Assembly: GCA_951406725.2 (NCBI GenBank)
Contig: OX597819.1
Location: 120,218,001-120,282,000, forward strand
Length of the DNA stretch: 64,000 nt
DNA from: Octopus vulgaris
Lineage: Eukaryota
Direction: 5' to 3'
Each line of letters opens with the position of its first letter. Positions within the stretch are counted from its first letter, which is position 1. Shown piece after piece: positions 27,601-42,802 of the stretch. The notes below the pieces were generated by a model, which searched no databases, had not been told where the DNA came from, and saw nothing but the letters and a program-made list of their open reading frames with translations. Made by a program: the position numbers and the translations under genes.

Positions 27601-27826
27601 TTTTACTACCCACAAGGGGCTAAACACAGAGGGGACAAACAAGGACAGACAAACGAATTAAGTCGATTATATCGACCCCAGTGCGTAACTGGTACTTATT
27701 TAATCGACCCCGAAAGGATGAAAGGCAAAGTCGACCTCGGCGGAATTTGAACTCAGAACGTAACGGCAGACGAAATACGGCTACGCATTTTGCCCGACGT
27801 GCTAACGTTTCTGCCAGCTCGCCGCC
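27601..27826 (-). mobile_element. SINE family B, full length with TSD
   Basis: TSD AAATTGAAGTA at 27576-27586 and 27829-27839; T-run at the tail. Confidence 0.93.
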
Positions 27827-28109
27827 TTAAATTGAAGTACCGTGGACTCTCAACTACCCCCACGGTCAAGATTTTATTTTGATTTTGCAACTCAGCTCGA
27901 ATTAACATTTTTATCATTTTACTCCTCAGCATTCAAAAGGCAGGCATGTAGAAACTCATACACAGGCACACACTCACACACACACACGCACACGCATGCG
28001 CGTGCACACACACACACATACATATATTCAAAAATGTAGTTGTGTAAAGCCGGAAAAATACCAGAAGGCATAAAGGAAACTAATATATATACATATGTAT
28101 AGACATATA

Positions 28110-28321
28110 CAGGGTGGCCCAATGGTAGGTCGACAGGTATTCAACTATCTCTTTCGCATTCTTCATATATTAGCAGTTTAGATCTTAATTACTAAAAATA
28201 CGAAACCATTCTTCTATGCTAATTTAGTTAATTGTAAGATTGAAATTTAAACGTAATAAGATGATTTAAAAGAAATTTAAAGTGACTACGTGATAACTGT
28301 AAATCTACTTTTGGCCCACTC

Positions 28322-28323
<2 letters not shown>
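28110..28323. mobile_element. Tc1/mariner-type MITE
   Basis: TA|CAGGGTGGCCCAATGGTAGG ... TCTACTTTTGGCCCACTCTG; imperfect ~27 bp TIRs. Confidence 0.65.
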
Positions 28324-28367
<44 letters not shown>

Positions 28368-28538
28368 TCATTGCTCTTTAACAGTCTGCAGATAAAAATG
28401 AAGTGCAATGATTCTGAAACTTCTTTGGCCCATGACACATAAGTAAGGCATGTGTAAAGTTTCAATGAATTTGGTAGGGTAGTTCTTGAGTTTTAGTGAT
28501 GCACACACACACACACACACACGCATATATATATATAT

Positions 28539-28600
<62 letters not shown>

Positions 28601-28967
28601 TTATATACTTATATATATATATATATATATACTTATCAATTAGTATATGTAATAAATCGTCATATGCCCTATGGACGGACAGCAAGTATCAAGTTGGTGA
28701 CTAGCATATTTATTCTTGAAAAGAAATTAATGTGCTCAGGTGAATTTGAACGTGGACGTATAAATCGTTGGTGTGTGTCGTCACACGAGAACAGCTTCTC
28801 CTATACGGCGAATGAAATGTATGCTATTTGTTGTACTAATGAATCGTGTATATTATGAAGACATAATCCTCGTAAAGGGGAAAGTGAGTCGAAATACAAT
28901 ATCGATTAGCATAGTGACGTTCGAATTTACCTGAGCGTATTAACCATATACAGCTTCTTGTGTGTAT

Positions 28968-29364
<397 letters not shown>

Positions 29365-29829
29365 GTTACTGGTTTTACAGTGCATAATATTACAGAACCT
29401 TATTGACATAACTAATTTCCTAATGGTAACTGGGTTGTTCACTGAAATATTCTTAAATTGGACACAGAGGACAGAGAGAGTATCCAAGGGTAGGAGGCGA
29501 ACCACTGACACGTAGAGTTGGTTGGCGATTACACACACATATTAAGACGCCTCGATCATCAAGCAATCTCCACCACTAACCATCATACCACTGTCAACAA
29601 CACGAGATATTGATATGAGGCCATATTACTGCATCTTAATGAGCTATACTAATATCAGTAATATATGCAAATTGAATTCAAACCTACTGTTTTAATTGCA
29701 AATCGATTTTTATTTCTTCACAGAGATCACCATTTGGCAATCTTTTCTGATCAATACACTTAGCATACTTTTTTTTTATTTTTTACAAAATCTTCGAAAA
29801 ATTTTAATATATTAATTTTTTCGTTTACA

Positions 29830-29850
29830 TTTTATTATTATTATTGTTCC

Positions 29851-29916
<66 letters not shown>

Positions 29917-30101
29917 TACTATTACTATTAATGTTGTTATTATTATTATTATTATCAACATCATCATCATCACCATTATCATTATTATTATCATTATTAT
30001 TATTGTTATTATTATTATTATTAACATTACTATTATTATTAATATTAATATTATTATTAACGTTATTATTATTATTATTATTATTGTTGTAGTTGTTGTT
30101 G

Positions 30102-30139
<38 letters not shown>

Positions 30140-30430
30140 TTCATGATTCTTCTTATTGTTGTTGGTGTTGTGGCGGTTGTTGATGCTGCTGCTGTCGTTG
30201 TTCTTACAACTAGTACTAATATTATTATTACTATTAATATTATTATTAATAATAATAATAATATTAGCATTATTGTAATTTTTCCTATTACCATTATTAT
30301 TATTCTTATTGTATTATTATTATTATTATTTTTATTATTATTATAATTATAATTATAATAATAATAATAATTATCATTATTATTATTATTATTATTATTA
30401 TTGTTGTTGTTGTTATTATTATTATTACTA
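29830..30430. repeat. Degenerate (ATT)n/(GTT)n low-complexity tract
   Basis: Direct reading. Confidence 0.95.
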
Positions 30431-30497
30431 GAGGGGGGGGTTAATATTCAGTAGCTTTTGTTTCATTTTATGAGTCTTTCCAAGTTTTCGTTTCCCT

Positions 30498-30597
30498 NNN
30501 NNNNNNNNNNNNNNNNNNNNNNNNNNNNNNNNNNNNNNNNNNNNNNNNNNNNNNNNNNNNNNNNNNNNNNNNNNNNNNNNNNNNNNNNNNNNNNNNN
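30498..30597. other. Assembly gap (100 N)
   Basis: Run of N. Confidence 1.
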
Positions 30598-30620
30598 TCT
30601 TAGTAATCTATAACCTCCCA

Positions 30621-30657
<37 letters not shown>

Positions 30658-30707
30658 GTAGAGGTAGGTACGTACATATATGTTTATATATATGCATATA
30701 TTTTATT

Positions 30708-30748
<41 letters not shown>

Positions 30749-31289
30749 GGATAGAAATCATGTTAATGATTTTATCAAGTAGACAGCATGCTATAAAAGT
30801 TTATAGTTAATTTATGCTTAAATTAATAATAATATATGTGTGTATATTTATCTGAAGTTTTTGGTAGTTTTTATAAAGCTTCGGCACTTGAAGCATGCTG
30901 GAGATAGGTCCTTTCCACCTTTACTCTCCCGTAATATATTTATATACATATGTATATTATTGCTAATTTAATGCATAAATTACCTATAAATTTTGACAGC
31001 ATGATGACTACCTGATAAAAATCATTAACGTGAGTTTTATCGTTATATTCTATTATGAATTAATAGATGAAATAAAATAATTTAATTATTTTTATTCCTG
31101 ACGGGAATGGAATTTACTGCTTGGCCATTCTTATAATACACACGTGGCTGTCACGAGGGGCTGTAAAATTGACTTATCTTGGATCTATACGTACAAATAT
31201 TTATATGCATATTATTATTAATTTAATGTATAAATTGCCTATAAATTTTGGTATCATTAACGTGATTTTTATTCTTATATTCTACTATG

Positions 31290-31364
<75 letters not shown>

Positions 31365-31366
<2 letters not shown>

Positions 31367-31669
31367 AGGCGCAATGGCTCAATGGTTAGGGCAGCGGATT
31401 CTTGGTTGTAGGATCGCGGTTTCGATTCCCAGACCGGGCGTTGAGTGTTTATTGAGCGAAAACACCTAAAGCTCCACGTGGCTCCGGCAGGGGGTGGTGG
31501 CCATCCCTGCTGTACTCTTTCGCCACAACTTTCTTTCACTCTTTCTTCTGTTGGCCTGCTCGCTTAGCCAGCGGGGGTGGCGTCATTTGAAGACTAAAAC
31601 AATGCGAAGCGCATTGTGACCAGCGATGTGTAGCAGCATCTGATAGCCTGGTCGGTCGTGGTGATCGCG

Positions 31670-31673
<4 letters not shown>
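31365..31673 (+). mobile_element. SINE family C, full length (tail type 1)
   Basis: tRNA-like head with GGTTTCGATTCC B box; ends GGTGATCGCGGTGAT before (TA)n. Confidence 0.9.
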
Positions 31674-31754
<81 letters not shown>

Positions 31755-31899
31755 CTTACATACATTCAGTCCTTCGAAATTATATATATATATATATACA
31801 TATGTGTGTGTGTGTGTGTGTGTGTGGTTGTATGTATGTATGTATGTATGTATGTATGTATGTATGTATGTATGTACGTATGTATTATGTATAGTTATG

Positions 31900-32440
31900 G
31901 TATATTCTGTTAAGAACGTAGCAGAGCACAGTATAAAGTTCGTCCACCTTCAGATTTTAACCTGTGCTATCCAGTAGTAGTATCATACGTACTTCCAAAT
32001 TTGCGTTTGGTCTTCCATCGTGTGTGATTAGATAAGTGAAAAAATATCGCATATGTAACCAACCATAAGGAACAAATAAGTCAAATGCCAATTTCTCTAA
32101 AACAACAAGCACTTTAACAGTAGCAGAATCACCATTGCACTACATCAACGCATTCAAAGCAGTTTGCTAGCGGTCCTTCAGTAACAACACATACTGATAA
32201 ACTCAGTGAGTACTACTAAATTCAGGCCACGACAAACAGAGAGGATATTCTTGAAGACGAAAATTTGAACTTACGGCGGCAATATTTACATATCGCCTGA
32301 AGAAACACAACTAGATCTCATTATGCAGGGAAGCGGTTGCATAATCAAGTACCTACACGCTCGGAGAACTACGTTGCGTGGAAACAATTGTAGGGATTAG
32401 AAAATAAATGTCCAGCCGTACTCCTTCCTGTTGACTCCAG
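31900..32440 (+). mobile_element. Old non-autonomous TIR element, copy 2 (left TIR retained)
   Basis: Begins TATATTCTGTTAAGAACGTAG; homologous to 6485-7040. Confidence 0.7.
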
Positions 32441-33974
32441 GAAGGAGGGAGGTACATATGTACGTGTGTGTCACTGTGTATGTGTTTGTCCCTCACTACA
32501 GCTTGGCAATGGGTGTAGGTTTGTTTACCTACCGTTATCTTAGCGGTTCGGCAAAAGAGACCGATAAATAAGTATCAGACAATACAAAGTACTTGGATCG
32601 ATATTTTTTCGACCACACCCTTCAAGGCAGTGTCCCAGTATGGCTGTTGTGCATTAACTAAAACATAATAAAAAGATAAGCGATAAAAGTGGTCGCAGTC
32701 TCACAGAATCGTTAGCGAGTCGGACAAAATGCTTTTGGGCTTTTCTTCCGGCTCTTCACATTCTGAGTTCAACTACTACCGAGATCAACTTCGCTTTTCA
32801 TTCTTATGAGGTCGATAAAGTAAAGTACCATTCATGTACTAGGGCCGATGCAATCGGCTTTCCCCTTTCCCTTAAATTTTAGCCTTGTGCCCAAAGTAGA
32901 ATTATTACAGATTTATTTAAGGCAGCGAGCTTTCAGAATTCTAGCTGTGTATGTCCTGAGTTCTAATCTTGCTGAGGTCACTTTTGTCTTTTATTCTCCC
33001 GCAGTCAGGTTCTGGGACCGATTTAATCGATTTAACATTCTCCTAGAACTTCATGAAATAAATTTACTTCAAAGGTGGTACAGTGGCAGAATCGTTAAAT
33101 CATTGGAGTATTGCCCCGGTTCTTAGCGCTTAGAGTTCAAACTTTCACCGTGGCCAACTTTGTTTTTCTCCCTTATGGCATCAACAATATGGAGAACCAG
33201 GCTAGAACCGGGCTCGATTTACTCTATTACAGCGCTCTCGAAATTTTCTGCCCTTGGGCTTAGGTTAAAAAGGTGTTATATATCTTGAGTTAAGATCCGT
33301 GCCAACTATGAAGGCTTGTGATCAAAGCTATTCCAGTCGACACAATCTCACCTACATTTCTACTTTTTTTCCGACATAGTGTATCAAAATCTATATCCTT
33401 CATATTTTTAGATTGTATTGTGTGATATGATACAGATTTCGCTGATATTTCTAGCAAATAGGGTGACTATAAAAGAATTCAAAGTACTCAAACTCGTTAG
33501 GGAGAGTGACACTGATTCTAAGGATTGTGCTCAGGGCACACATGTATGCGAAATCCTCAGCCACTTAAACCATTAAGTCCCAGGGTACTTAAATTTCTGA
33601 ATATTACTTTTAAATTTTTACAGATGATTGAAAATAGGTTAAGATTTTAAAAATAATTATTAGAACTCCTTTACTTCAAGTAGAAATGGAAATACTCAGT
33701 GTCATATAAATAAGACACCGAGACAATGTAATATAGCTTAATGTTCTCGTTTAATGTCCTATTTATAGGACAGTGGGAGTTAATGGGTTAAAGTACAACG
33801 CATTCAGTATTCCGTTCCGGTTGTCATACATTTTTTAATTTATTAACCTTTTTCCAGTATACTATAATTCTTATGTATGTATATGCATACATACATACTT
33901 TCATATATATATATATGTACATATATACATATAATTTTATATATACATATATATATAATATAAATATATACATC

Positions 33975-34874
33975 TCCAGATGTGCTGAGGATAATAATAT
34001 GCAGTTTAATGCTGAAATTCCAGGCCCTGCGCTACCAGCATCCAAAACTGAATATTAAACTTACAGGATACACCGGTCCACAGGGAATTTCAATCCCAGA
34101 GCCTAAGTCTGTGAGGGACCTGGGTATCGACATGAGTGATGATACCTCTTTCCAAGTGCACATTACCAGGATGGCGACAAAGTGCAGACGACTGACTGGG
34201 TGGATCCTAAGAACATTCAGAACCAGAGATAAGGAAACCATGATGGTCCTCTGGCGGACATTCGTCCTCAGCCGCCTGGATTACTGCTCACAGCTATGGT
34301 CATCCACCAGTGTAAAATTAACAGCGGACCTTGAAGCAATCCAGAGAAGATTCACAAAGAAGATCGTCTCTTTGCAACAGCTCAGCTACTGGGAAAGGTT
34401 GAAACAGCTAAGACTCTACCCCTTAGAGAGAAGACGGGAGAGGTATGCAGTAAAATATGTCTGGAAGATCCTGAAAGGAATTGTGCCAAATTTTGGCATT
34501 GTAAGCTACACCAATGCTAGAACGGGACGACACTATATAGTGCCAAAGATCCCAGCAATGCCATCACGCTTCAGGACCTGCTTCTGCAACAGCCTGGGTT
34601 TCAAGGGCCCACAGCTTTTTAATATTCTCCCAAAGAGTCTGAGGAACTTGCACAAAGTAGATGTAGCGGTTTTTAAATCAAAGTTGGACATCTTCCTGTC
34701 AAGAGTCCTAGATGAACCTACCTCACGGCAAGAGGTGCAAATGAGAGTAGCTATATCAAACTCCATTCTTCACCAAGTGCCACATGTTAGACGAGGTTCT
34801 TCGTAATAACAGTGTAGCACAAAACGGTGGTGCATCAGCATGGCCGCAGCTCTGAGCTGAAACTAGAGAAAAAA

Positions 34875-34878
<4 letters not shown>
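33975..34878 (+). mobile_element. 5'-truncated CR1/L2-group LINE; ORF 33982-34806 is the RT C-terminal region
   Basis: VRDLGIDMSDD.SF..HI, LSRLDYCSQLWS, LEAIQRRFTK, SYWERLKQLRLYPLERRR motifs; short 3' UTR with stem-loop, then (TA)n. Confidence 0.93.
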
Positions 34879-35205
<327 letters not shown>

Positions 35206-35291
35206 TAATCCAAACAAGAACAACAAAAAAGACAACAACGCAAAAAGTGGAACAATTAAAGTATTATTATTAGGCGCTCAGGATATATATA

Positions 35292-35882
<591 letters not shown>

Positions 35883-36022
35883 TACGGAGATGTACTCGCA
35901 TAGCAAGTAATTTGATCTGAGATCGTGTGCTGAAACGAAAACAATTGCAGCGTGGAAGGTGTTTATAAGCCATTTAAGAAACACACAAAAGCCGTTCGAT
36001 TCACTCCAACATTTAAGTTTAA

Positions 36023-36072
36023 TTTGTCAAAATATTTTCGTCGCTAAAATCCGCGACCTGTTCACTGACAAA
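36023..36072 (-). ncRNA. Candidate minimal hammerhead with G3-C8 core variant, in a (TA)n-flanked PLE-like fragment (35882-36080)
   Basis: UUUGUCA GUGAACA G GUCGC GGAUUUUA GCGAC GAAA AUAU UU UGACAAA: stem I 7 bp, stem II 5 bp, palindromic tetraloop. Confidence 0.55.
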
Positions 36073-36089
36073 ATCGCTTGACAACCAAC

Positions 36090-36179
36090 CAGGTGGTGCT
36101 ATTAAGTTAGATATGGCCTGGGCCAATAATGGCCTGGGCCAATAATGACCGAAACCTATCAAAGTATCAAAGTATCAAA

Positions 36180-36181
<2 letters not shown>
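36090..36181 (+). mobile_element. Extreme 3' end of a LINE with (ATCAAAGT)n tail
   Basis: Matches the 3' end of the 25310-25790 LINE; internal tandem duplication of ATGGCCTGGGCCAATA. Confidence 0.75.
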
Positions 36182-36219
<38 letters not shown>

Positions 36220-36787
36220 GGTGTATCCGTTAACTAGTTTTGATCATGTTGTTATTTCTGTTCTATTTTAACAAAACTATCCGCCGAACGGGATCGTGAA
36301 ACTCTGAGTAACAGCTTTTGTTATATTTCTGCTGCTTTTAAATAAAGGGAACTGTATACTCATCAAAATCGGGAAATTTCTTACATAATTATTTGCAATA
36401 CGTATTTTGAATCCGCTCCTCGATTTTAGGTTTTCTTCGATTTTTATAATAGGATGAATTTATATTCAATTCATTTATTTCCCCCTCTATCAGATGTATA
36501 GATAGATGAGTGTGAATGTATTTCCATAAGTATGTAAGCATGTTGTTGTGAATGGCTTGGAAAATACATCTGATCCTTAAAATATTACTTTTACACAATA
36601 TTTATATACGGTTTTACGTAAGTTAGCTCCCTTGATAAAAAGCAACTACCTTGTTTATCTCCCTTACATATGCCACTGTTTAACTCCCTTTGAAAGCTAA
36701 ATACGTTTTGTAGCTGTACTTGACATTTTTGTCTACTTCACTTTCTCTCTCTCCCACTCTATCTCTCTCTCACACTTTCTCTCTCTT

Positions 36788-36820
<33 letters not shown>

Positions 36821-36961
36821 TTCTCTCCCTCTCTCTAGCTTTTTCCTCTCACTTTTCCCTCTCTCATGCACACAATCACATGTATAGATATATGTGTGAA
36901 TATATTTCCATAAGTATGTATCCATTTCCTTTTCTGTTATTTATATTCAATGTTGTTGTTG

Positions 36962-37337
36962 TTACTGTTGTTGTGCGAACGGTCTTCGTCCCAGAGCTCG
37001 CAAGATGGGAGAAGTCCGGAACGTGGTCCTTTGCTATTCGTAAGACCCGCAGAAGAGAAAGCAGGTCAACCCCCGACACTGAGAGCATCGACGGATGGAT
37101 GAATGCGCATCCAGGCTCAGCGGTTGCGTAGGAAGTCGGAGACAAGAAACAGGAAGAAAGAGTGAGAGAAAGGTGGAGCGAAAGAGTACAACGGGGGTCG
37201 CCACCACCCCCTGCCGGAGCGTTGTGGTGCTTTAGGTGTTTTCGCTCAATAAACACACACAACGCCCAGTCTAGGAATCGAAACCGCGATCCTCCGACCG
37301 CGAGTCCGCTGCCCTAACCATTGGGCCATTGCGCCTC
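36962..37337 (-). mobile_element. SINE family C (tail type 2)
   Basis: Same head and body as 31365, unrelated 3' half ending in (AAC)n. Confidence 0.88.
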
Positions 37338-37623
37338 CTCCTCCTCCTCCTCCTCCTCCTGCTGCTACTGCTGCTGCTGTTGTCATCTGATTTAACATCG
37401 ACACCTTGCGTTTTGAGTTCTCACTCTCTTTCATTATACTCTGCTAATTCTCACCTTTTCTTCCCATCTCTCATTATTAACAGATTTAATTAACTTATAT
37501 GGTGTTTTCTCTATGGAGGAAAAAAGCAAAATTTTGCAAACTCGTGTAAAATAAAATCGAGAAGTCCACACCAAAATTGGAGGATTGTAAAGAAAACAAA
37601 TTCACCACCTGGCTTCAGATCAA

Positions 37624-38141
37624 TCTATATATATAAAACTGTAGTTGTGTGAGTGTCTGTCTCCTATGATTTAGATTCCTAACTCCTCCCACATTTTGCG
37701 GTGCAGTTTAACCAAATTCGGGTATCGTATAGTCGTGATTCATATCGAGCCCGTCTGGCTATTAGCGCGCGTCTACGATGAGTCTACGATTTTTAAAATA
37801 ATTTAACATCATTTTTTATTCCATTTTAATGCATAAAATGCATCGTGTGTCGATGGCGGCGGAGTTGGCGTTCACGCTCAAACACCTGCACCTGTGTTTG
37901 CTTCTCCCCTTCTTCCCTCCCTCGTGAAGCTGTGGGGAAGGGAGTGTAAGGAAATCAACGTCGTAATGCGTTGTCAAGGAGACCAGCGTTCTTTTAGAAC
38001 AACGACTTCATGGCTTGAAGACACCAAAACAGAAATGGCTAAGAAAGCCCGAATTGGCATCTATAAGGGAAGTAACTCTCTAAAAATGCTTATATAGTTA
38101 TTTCCCTTACAGACCCGAGCAACGCCGGGCGATACTGCTAG
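37624..38141 (+). mobile_element. Non-autonomous Helitron
   Basis: A|TC start, subterminal hairpin CCCGAGCAACGCCGGG, CTAG|T end, no TSD. Confidence 0.85.
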
Positions 38142-38412
38142 TTCTTATATAAAAATTAATACTAAATTCAATTATTTACTGCGATTTCGAATAAGATATG
38201 TTTACAAATTGAACGGAAGCATATGTCTAGTGTAGCTTGCCAGGTTGATAGCCATAATGATAATAATAATAATGTCATTTATTTGCCAGCAGGGCGAACG
38301 ATGAGGGGGGACAATGCAGAACAGACATAAAGTGAGAGAGGTTACATATAATGAATTGATAAAATAAAAAATGATTAATTATACACAGTATAGAGTAAAA
38401 AGGAAGGGAAAT

Positions 38413-38575
38413 AGGAGTGGCTGTGTGGTAAGTAGCTTGCTTACCAACCACATGGTTCTGGGTTCAGTCCCACTGCGTGGCACCTTGGACAAGTCTCTTC
38501 TACTATGCTATAGCCTCGGGTCGACCAAAGACATGTGAGTGGATTTTGGTAGACGGAAACTGAAAGAAGCCCGTC

Positions 38576-38652
<77 letters not shown>

Positions 38653-38850
38653 TGTGTTTGTCCCCCCAACATCGCTTGACAACCGATGTTGGTGTGTTTA
38701 CGTTCCTGTAACTTAGCGGTTCGGCAAAAGAGACCGATACAATAAGTACTGAGCTTACAAAGAATAAGTCCTGGGGTCGATATACTCGACTACTGGCGGT
38801 GCTCGAGTATGGCCACAGTCAAATGACTGAAACAAGTAAAAGAGTAAAAG
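38413..38850 (+). mobile_element. SINE family A
   Basis: Full head-to-tail match. Confidence 0.92.
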
Positions 38851-39359
38851 TGTATGGGAAGGTTAACAGAAAAAGGTAGGGAGATGATAGAGATGGAGTC
38901 CTTCTGATACAGGATGACCTCTAGGGATATGAGCACGGATTACAACATCCGTACGTCAATGGCTTCCTAGCAACTGTGCACACAGGCAGAGAAACAGAAG
39001 TAATTATGAACAATGGCGTTGTAAGAATTATAAACAGAATCCATCCGAAGGATCTTTATTGTTGCTAGGCAACATACATACAACACACACACACATGCCT
39101 ACGTACATACATGCCTACGTAAATACATGCCTACATATATACATGCCTACATACATACATACATGCATGCATGCATACATACATACACACATACATGCCT
39201 ACATGCCTACAGACATACATACATAAACACTCACATAATACAAACATGCATATATATATACACATACAAATATATATGCATACATACAAACATACATACA
39301 TACACACACATACAAAAACACACACACATGCGTACATACATACGACGAAACTTGACATA

Positions 39360-39700
39360 GTTATTAGTCTTTTCCTACATAGGAACCACCCAGAGTTACG
39401 TATTTCTCCCATTGTTTGATGCAGCTCTGAAGACCGTTTTTTGTAGAAGACCTCCAACTTGGTCCTCCAACCACGACGTGACTTCAGAAATCAAGGCTGC
39501 ATCATCTGGGAAACGCTTTCCTTTCAAAAACAACTTCATGGCTGGGAAGAGGTGAAAATCAGAGGGTGCAGGTCAGGAGAGTAGGGGGGATGGGGGATGA
39601 GTTCATAGCCGCACGCCTGTGCTTCTGATCTGGCGACACGCGAGTTGTTGATCGGAGCGTTGTCCTGCAGGAGAATGCCTTTGCTGATCTTGCCCAGAAA
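39360..39700 (-). pseudogene. Mariner transposase C-terminal fragment
   Basis: LQDNAPINNSRVA..EAQACGYELIPHPPYSPDL, then a frameshift. Confidence 0.85.
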
Positions 39701-39889
39701 GGAGACAGTTAATCAAAACCAGAAAGGAGACAGTTAATCCGAAGACTACAGATCCAATCCATGGCTGGAACTGTAAAAATCTGCAAAATTTTCCATATGT
39801 TTAAATATATATGAGCATGTCTAGATATGCAACTATATGTATGAGAGTACATACATAAAACAAAACATACAAATTTGCACCAATATCTA

Positions 39890-40378
39890 CATGCATACGT
39901 ATACATAATACATACATACATACATACATACATACATACATACATACATACATACATACATACATGCATACATACATACATAATACATACATACATACAT
40001 ACATACATACATACATACATACATACATACATACATACATACATACATGCATACATACATACATAATACATACATACATACATGCATACATACATACATA
40101 ATACATACATACATACATGCATACATACATACATACATACATACATACATACATACATACATACATACATACATACATGCATACGTACATACATACATAC
40201 ATGCATACATACATACATACATAAATACATACATACATACATACATACATACATACATACATACATGCATAAATACATACATACATACATACATACATAC
40301 ATACATACATACATACATACATACATACATGCATACATACATACATACATACATGAATGCATGCATGCATGCATACAT
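39890..40378. repeat. (CATA)n microsatellite
   Basis: Direct reading. Confidence 0.97.
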
Positions 40379-40564
40379 TTTTTTTTTTTTTTGATTTGGT
40401 ATTTTACAAAGACCAATGGCGATGGATGCGTGCCTAAAGTTTGATCTCCGCGCACATGGAAGAACTAAAGTAAATCAAAGCAGTCAGGCTAAATGTGAAC
40501 CGGCATTTATCTAACAAGATGAGGCAATCATCATATTTACAGACAGACAGACAGGCAGATAGGC

Positions 40565-40647
<83 letters not shown>

Positions 40648-40660
40648 GAGATAGATAGAC

Positions 40661-40715
<55 letters not shown>

Positions 40716-41162
40716 CACACACAGACACACACACACCAACACACACACACACACACGCACACACACATACACACACACACACACATACATACATAATATA
40801 TACATACATACATACATACACACATACATACACACATACATAGTGAGAGAGAGACTAAGAGAGACAAAGCGAGAGGAAGAAACAGCTGTAGAGAGACTAA
40901 GAGATAGATTGACACACACATGCACACATACGCACATGCACACATACGCCCATGCACACACGCATGCACGCTTACGCACCGGCACACGTAGACACATGCG
41001 CACGCGCACGAGCACACGCATACACTCATGTACGTACGCATAGACACACATACACATACACACACGACAACGAAACATACGTTGTGAACTTTTACCCAAA
41101 GTGCTCAACAACTTTTCTCATAAACTGTGACTTATTTGAGGCTACGACATTACCTGAATATA

Positions 41163-41393
41163 TATTTCCTTATTGCCCACAAGGGGCTAAACACAGAGGG
41201 GACAAACAAGGACAGACAAACGGATTAAGTCGATTACATCTTTCCCAGTGCGCAACTGGTACTTAATTTATCGACCCCGAAAGGATGAAAGGCAAAGTCG
41301 ACCTCGGCGGAATTTGAACTCAGAATGTAACGACAGACGAAATACCGCTAAGCATTTCGCCCGGCGTGCTAACAATTCTGCCAGCTCGCCGCC
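41163..41393 (-). mobile_element. SINE family B
   Basis: Full match; probable TSD TAC.TGAATATA. Confidence 0.92.
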
Positions 41394-41901
41394 TTATACG
41401 TGAATATAATGTGACAAAAAGACAACGGAGGCAGTCAATTTCCGATACACTATATGTAGGAAAATTCCTAGTAAATCTACTCCTATTGAGAACGAACCTG
41501 CAGCCAGCTGCTTGAAAAACGAACCTCTTAACACAAAACCATATATGAACAGAGTTATGTAATATTTAGGTCAGCGTTACCTTTTAGAGCAGTGATCAAA
41601 CAAACCAACGAATAATATAGTCTTATATTTATGTATGTTCAACTTCAGAGTTGAAGAGGTATAATACCCTCCGAAAATTAATTTTATATTCGCTCAAATA
41701 TTACGTTGAATGTAAGGGAAATAACTCCTCTCACATTAAGAGGAGAGTAAACTCCCTTCGAATGCTTTTGATTTCTCTTATGATAAAATTCGTGCTTTTC
41801 TCCGTCACAAGTTATGATTGGCAAATTTGATGTAAATTCTACAGTGAAAAAGAAAATCACGCAGCGTTTCAACTCTGCGTAAATATGTGGGGGGGGGGAG
41901 T

Positions 41902-41952
<51 letters not shown>

Positions 41953-42361
41953 TATGTGTGTGTGTATGTGTGTATGTGTGTGCAGGTTCAAGGGAAGTAT
42001 GTGTATGTTTGTATGTGTGAACCAGCGTTCTTTCAGTAACAAACGATGATCGATGTCACATCTCAAAAGACAACCATTAGATAACATTGATAACAAGTGT
42101 ATTAATTTGATTTACCATCCATATTCTATCTCTCTTGTTAAAAAATAATTATTACAATTACAAACACCTACACAAACATACAAATTCATTATTGAAAAGA
42201 ATTATTGCTTGGGTGTATCAAGAATTTAAAACGATTGCAGTTGAAAGGTAACTTTAAAATTTGGCTTCGTACCATATTTATAAATAAAATACTACAATTA
42301 GCCGTCATTTTTCATGGCACGGGGTCAGCTAATGAAATATATTTCATGGCGGAGCTAATTT

Positions 42362-42590
42362 TTATTTCTTTACTACCCACAAGGAGCTAAACATAGAGGG
42401 GACAAACAAGGACAGACAAACGGATTAAGTCGATTGCATCGATCCCAGTGCGTAACTGGTACTTAATTTATCGACCCCGAAAGGATGAAAGGCAAAGTCG
42501 ACCTCGGCGGAATTTGAACTCAGAACGTAACGGCAGACGAAATACCGCAAAGCATTTCACCCAGCGTGCTAACGATTCTGCCAGCTCACC
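42362..42590 (-). mobile_element. SINE family B
   Basis: Full match. Confidence 0.92.
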
Positions 42591-42802
42591 GAAACGCTTT
42601 TAATAAAAAGTTACATTCGTTTCATGAGGACATCTTTTACCTTTTTACTTGTTTCAGAGGGCGGTCATGCTGGGGCACCACCTTGATCGGTTTAGTTGTC
42701 CATATTGATCCCAGTGGTTATTTAAGGTTGTTATTTAATTCCATTTGTCCCTGTTGCCGAACCGCTACGTTACAGGAGCGTAAACAATATATATAAGTTA
42801 AA

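Noticed and set aside
31365-31440. tRNA-like sequences with A and B boxes (also 47708, 15032, 16060)
   Set aside because: They are SINE heads continuing into repeat bodies; no complete cloverleaf.
33982-34806. 274 aa ORF as a host gene
   Set aside because: C-terminal LINE RT region lacking the catalytic core; a truncated insertion.
41684-41872. Possible minus-strand exon with a good acceptor (TTTTCTTTTTCACTGTAG)
   Set aside because: No recognisable protein motif, weak donor, no partner exons; needs RNA-seq.
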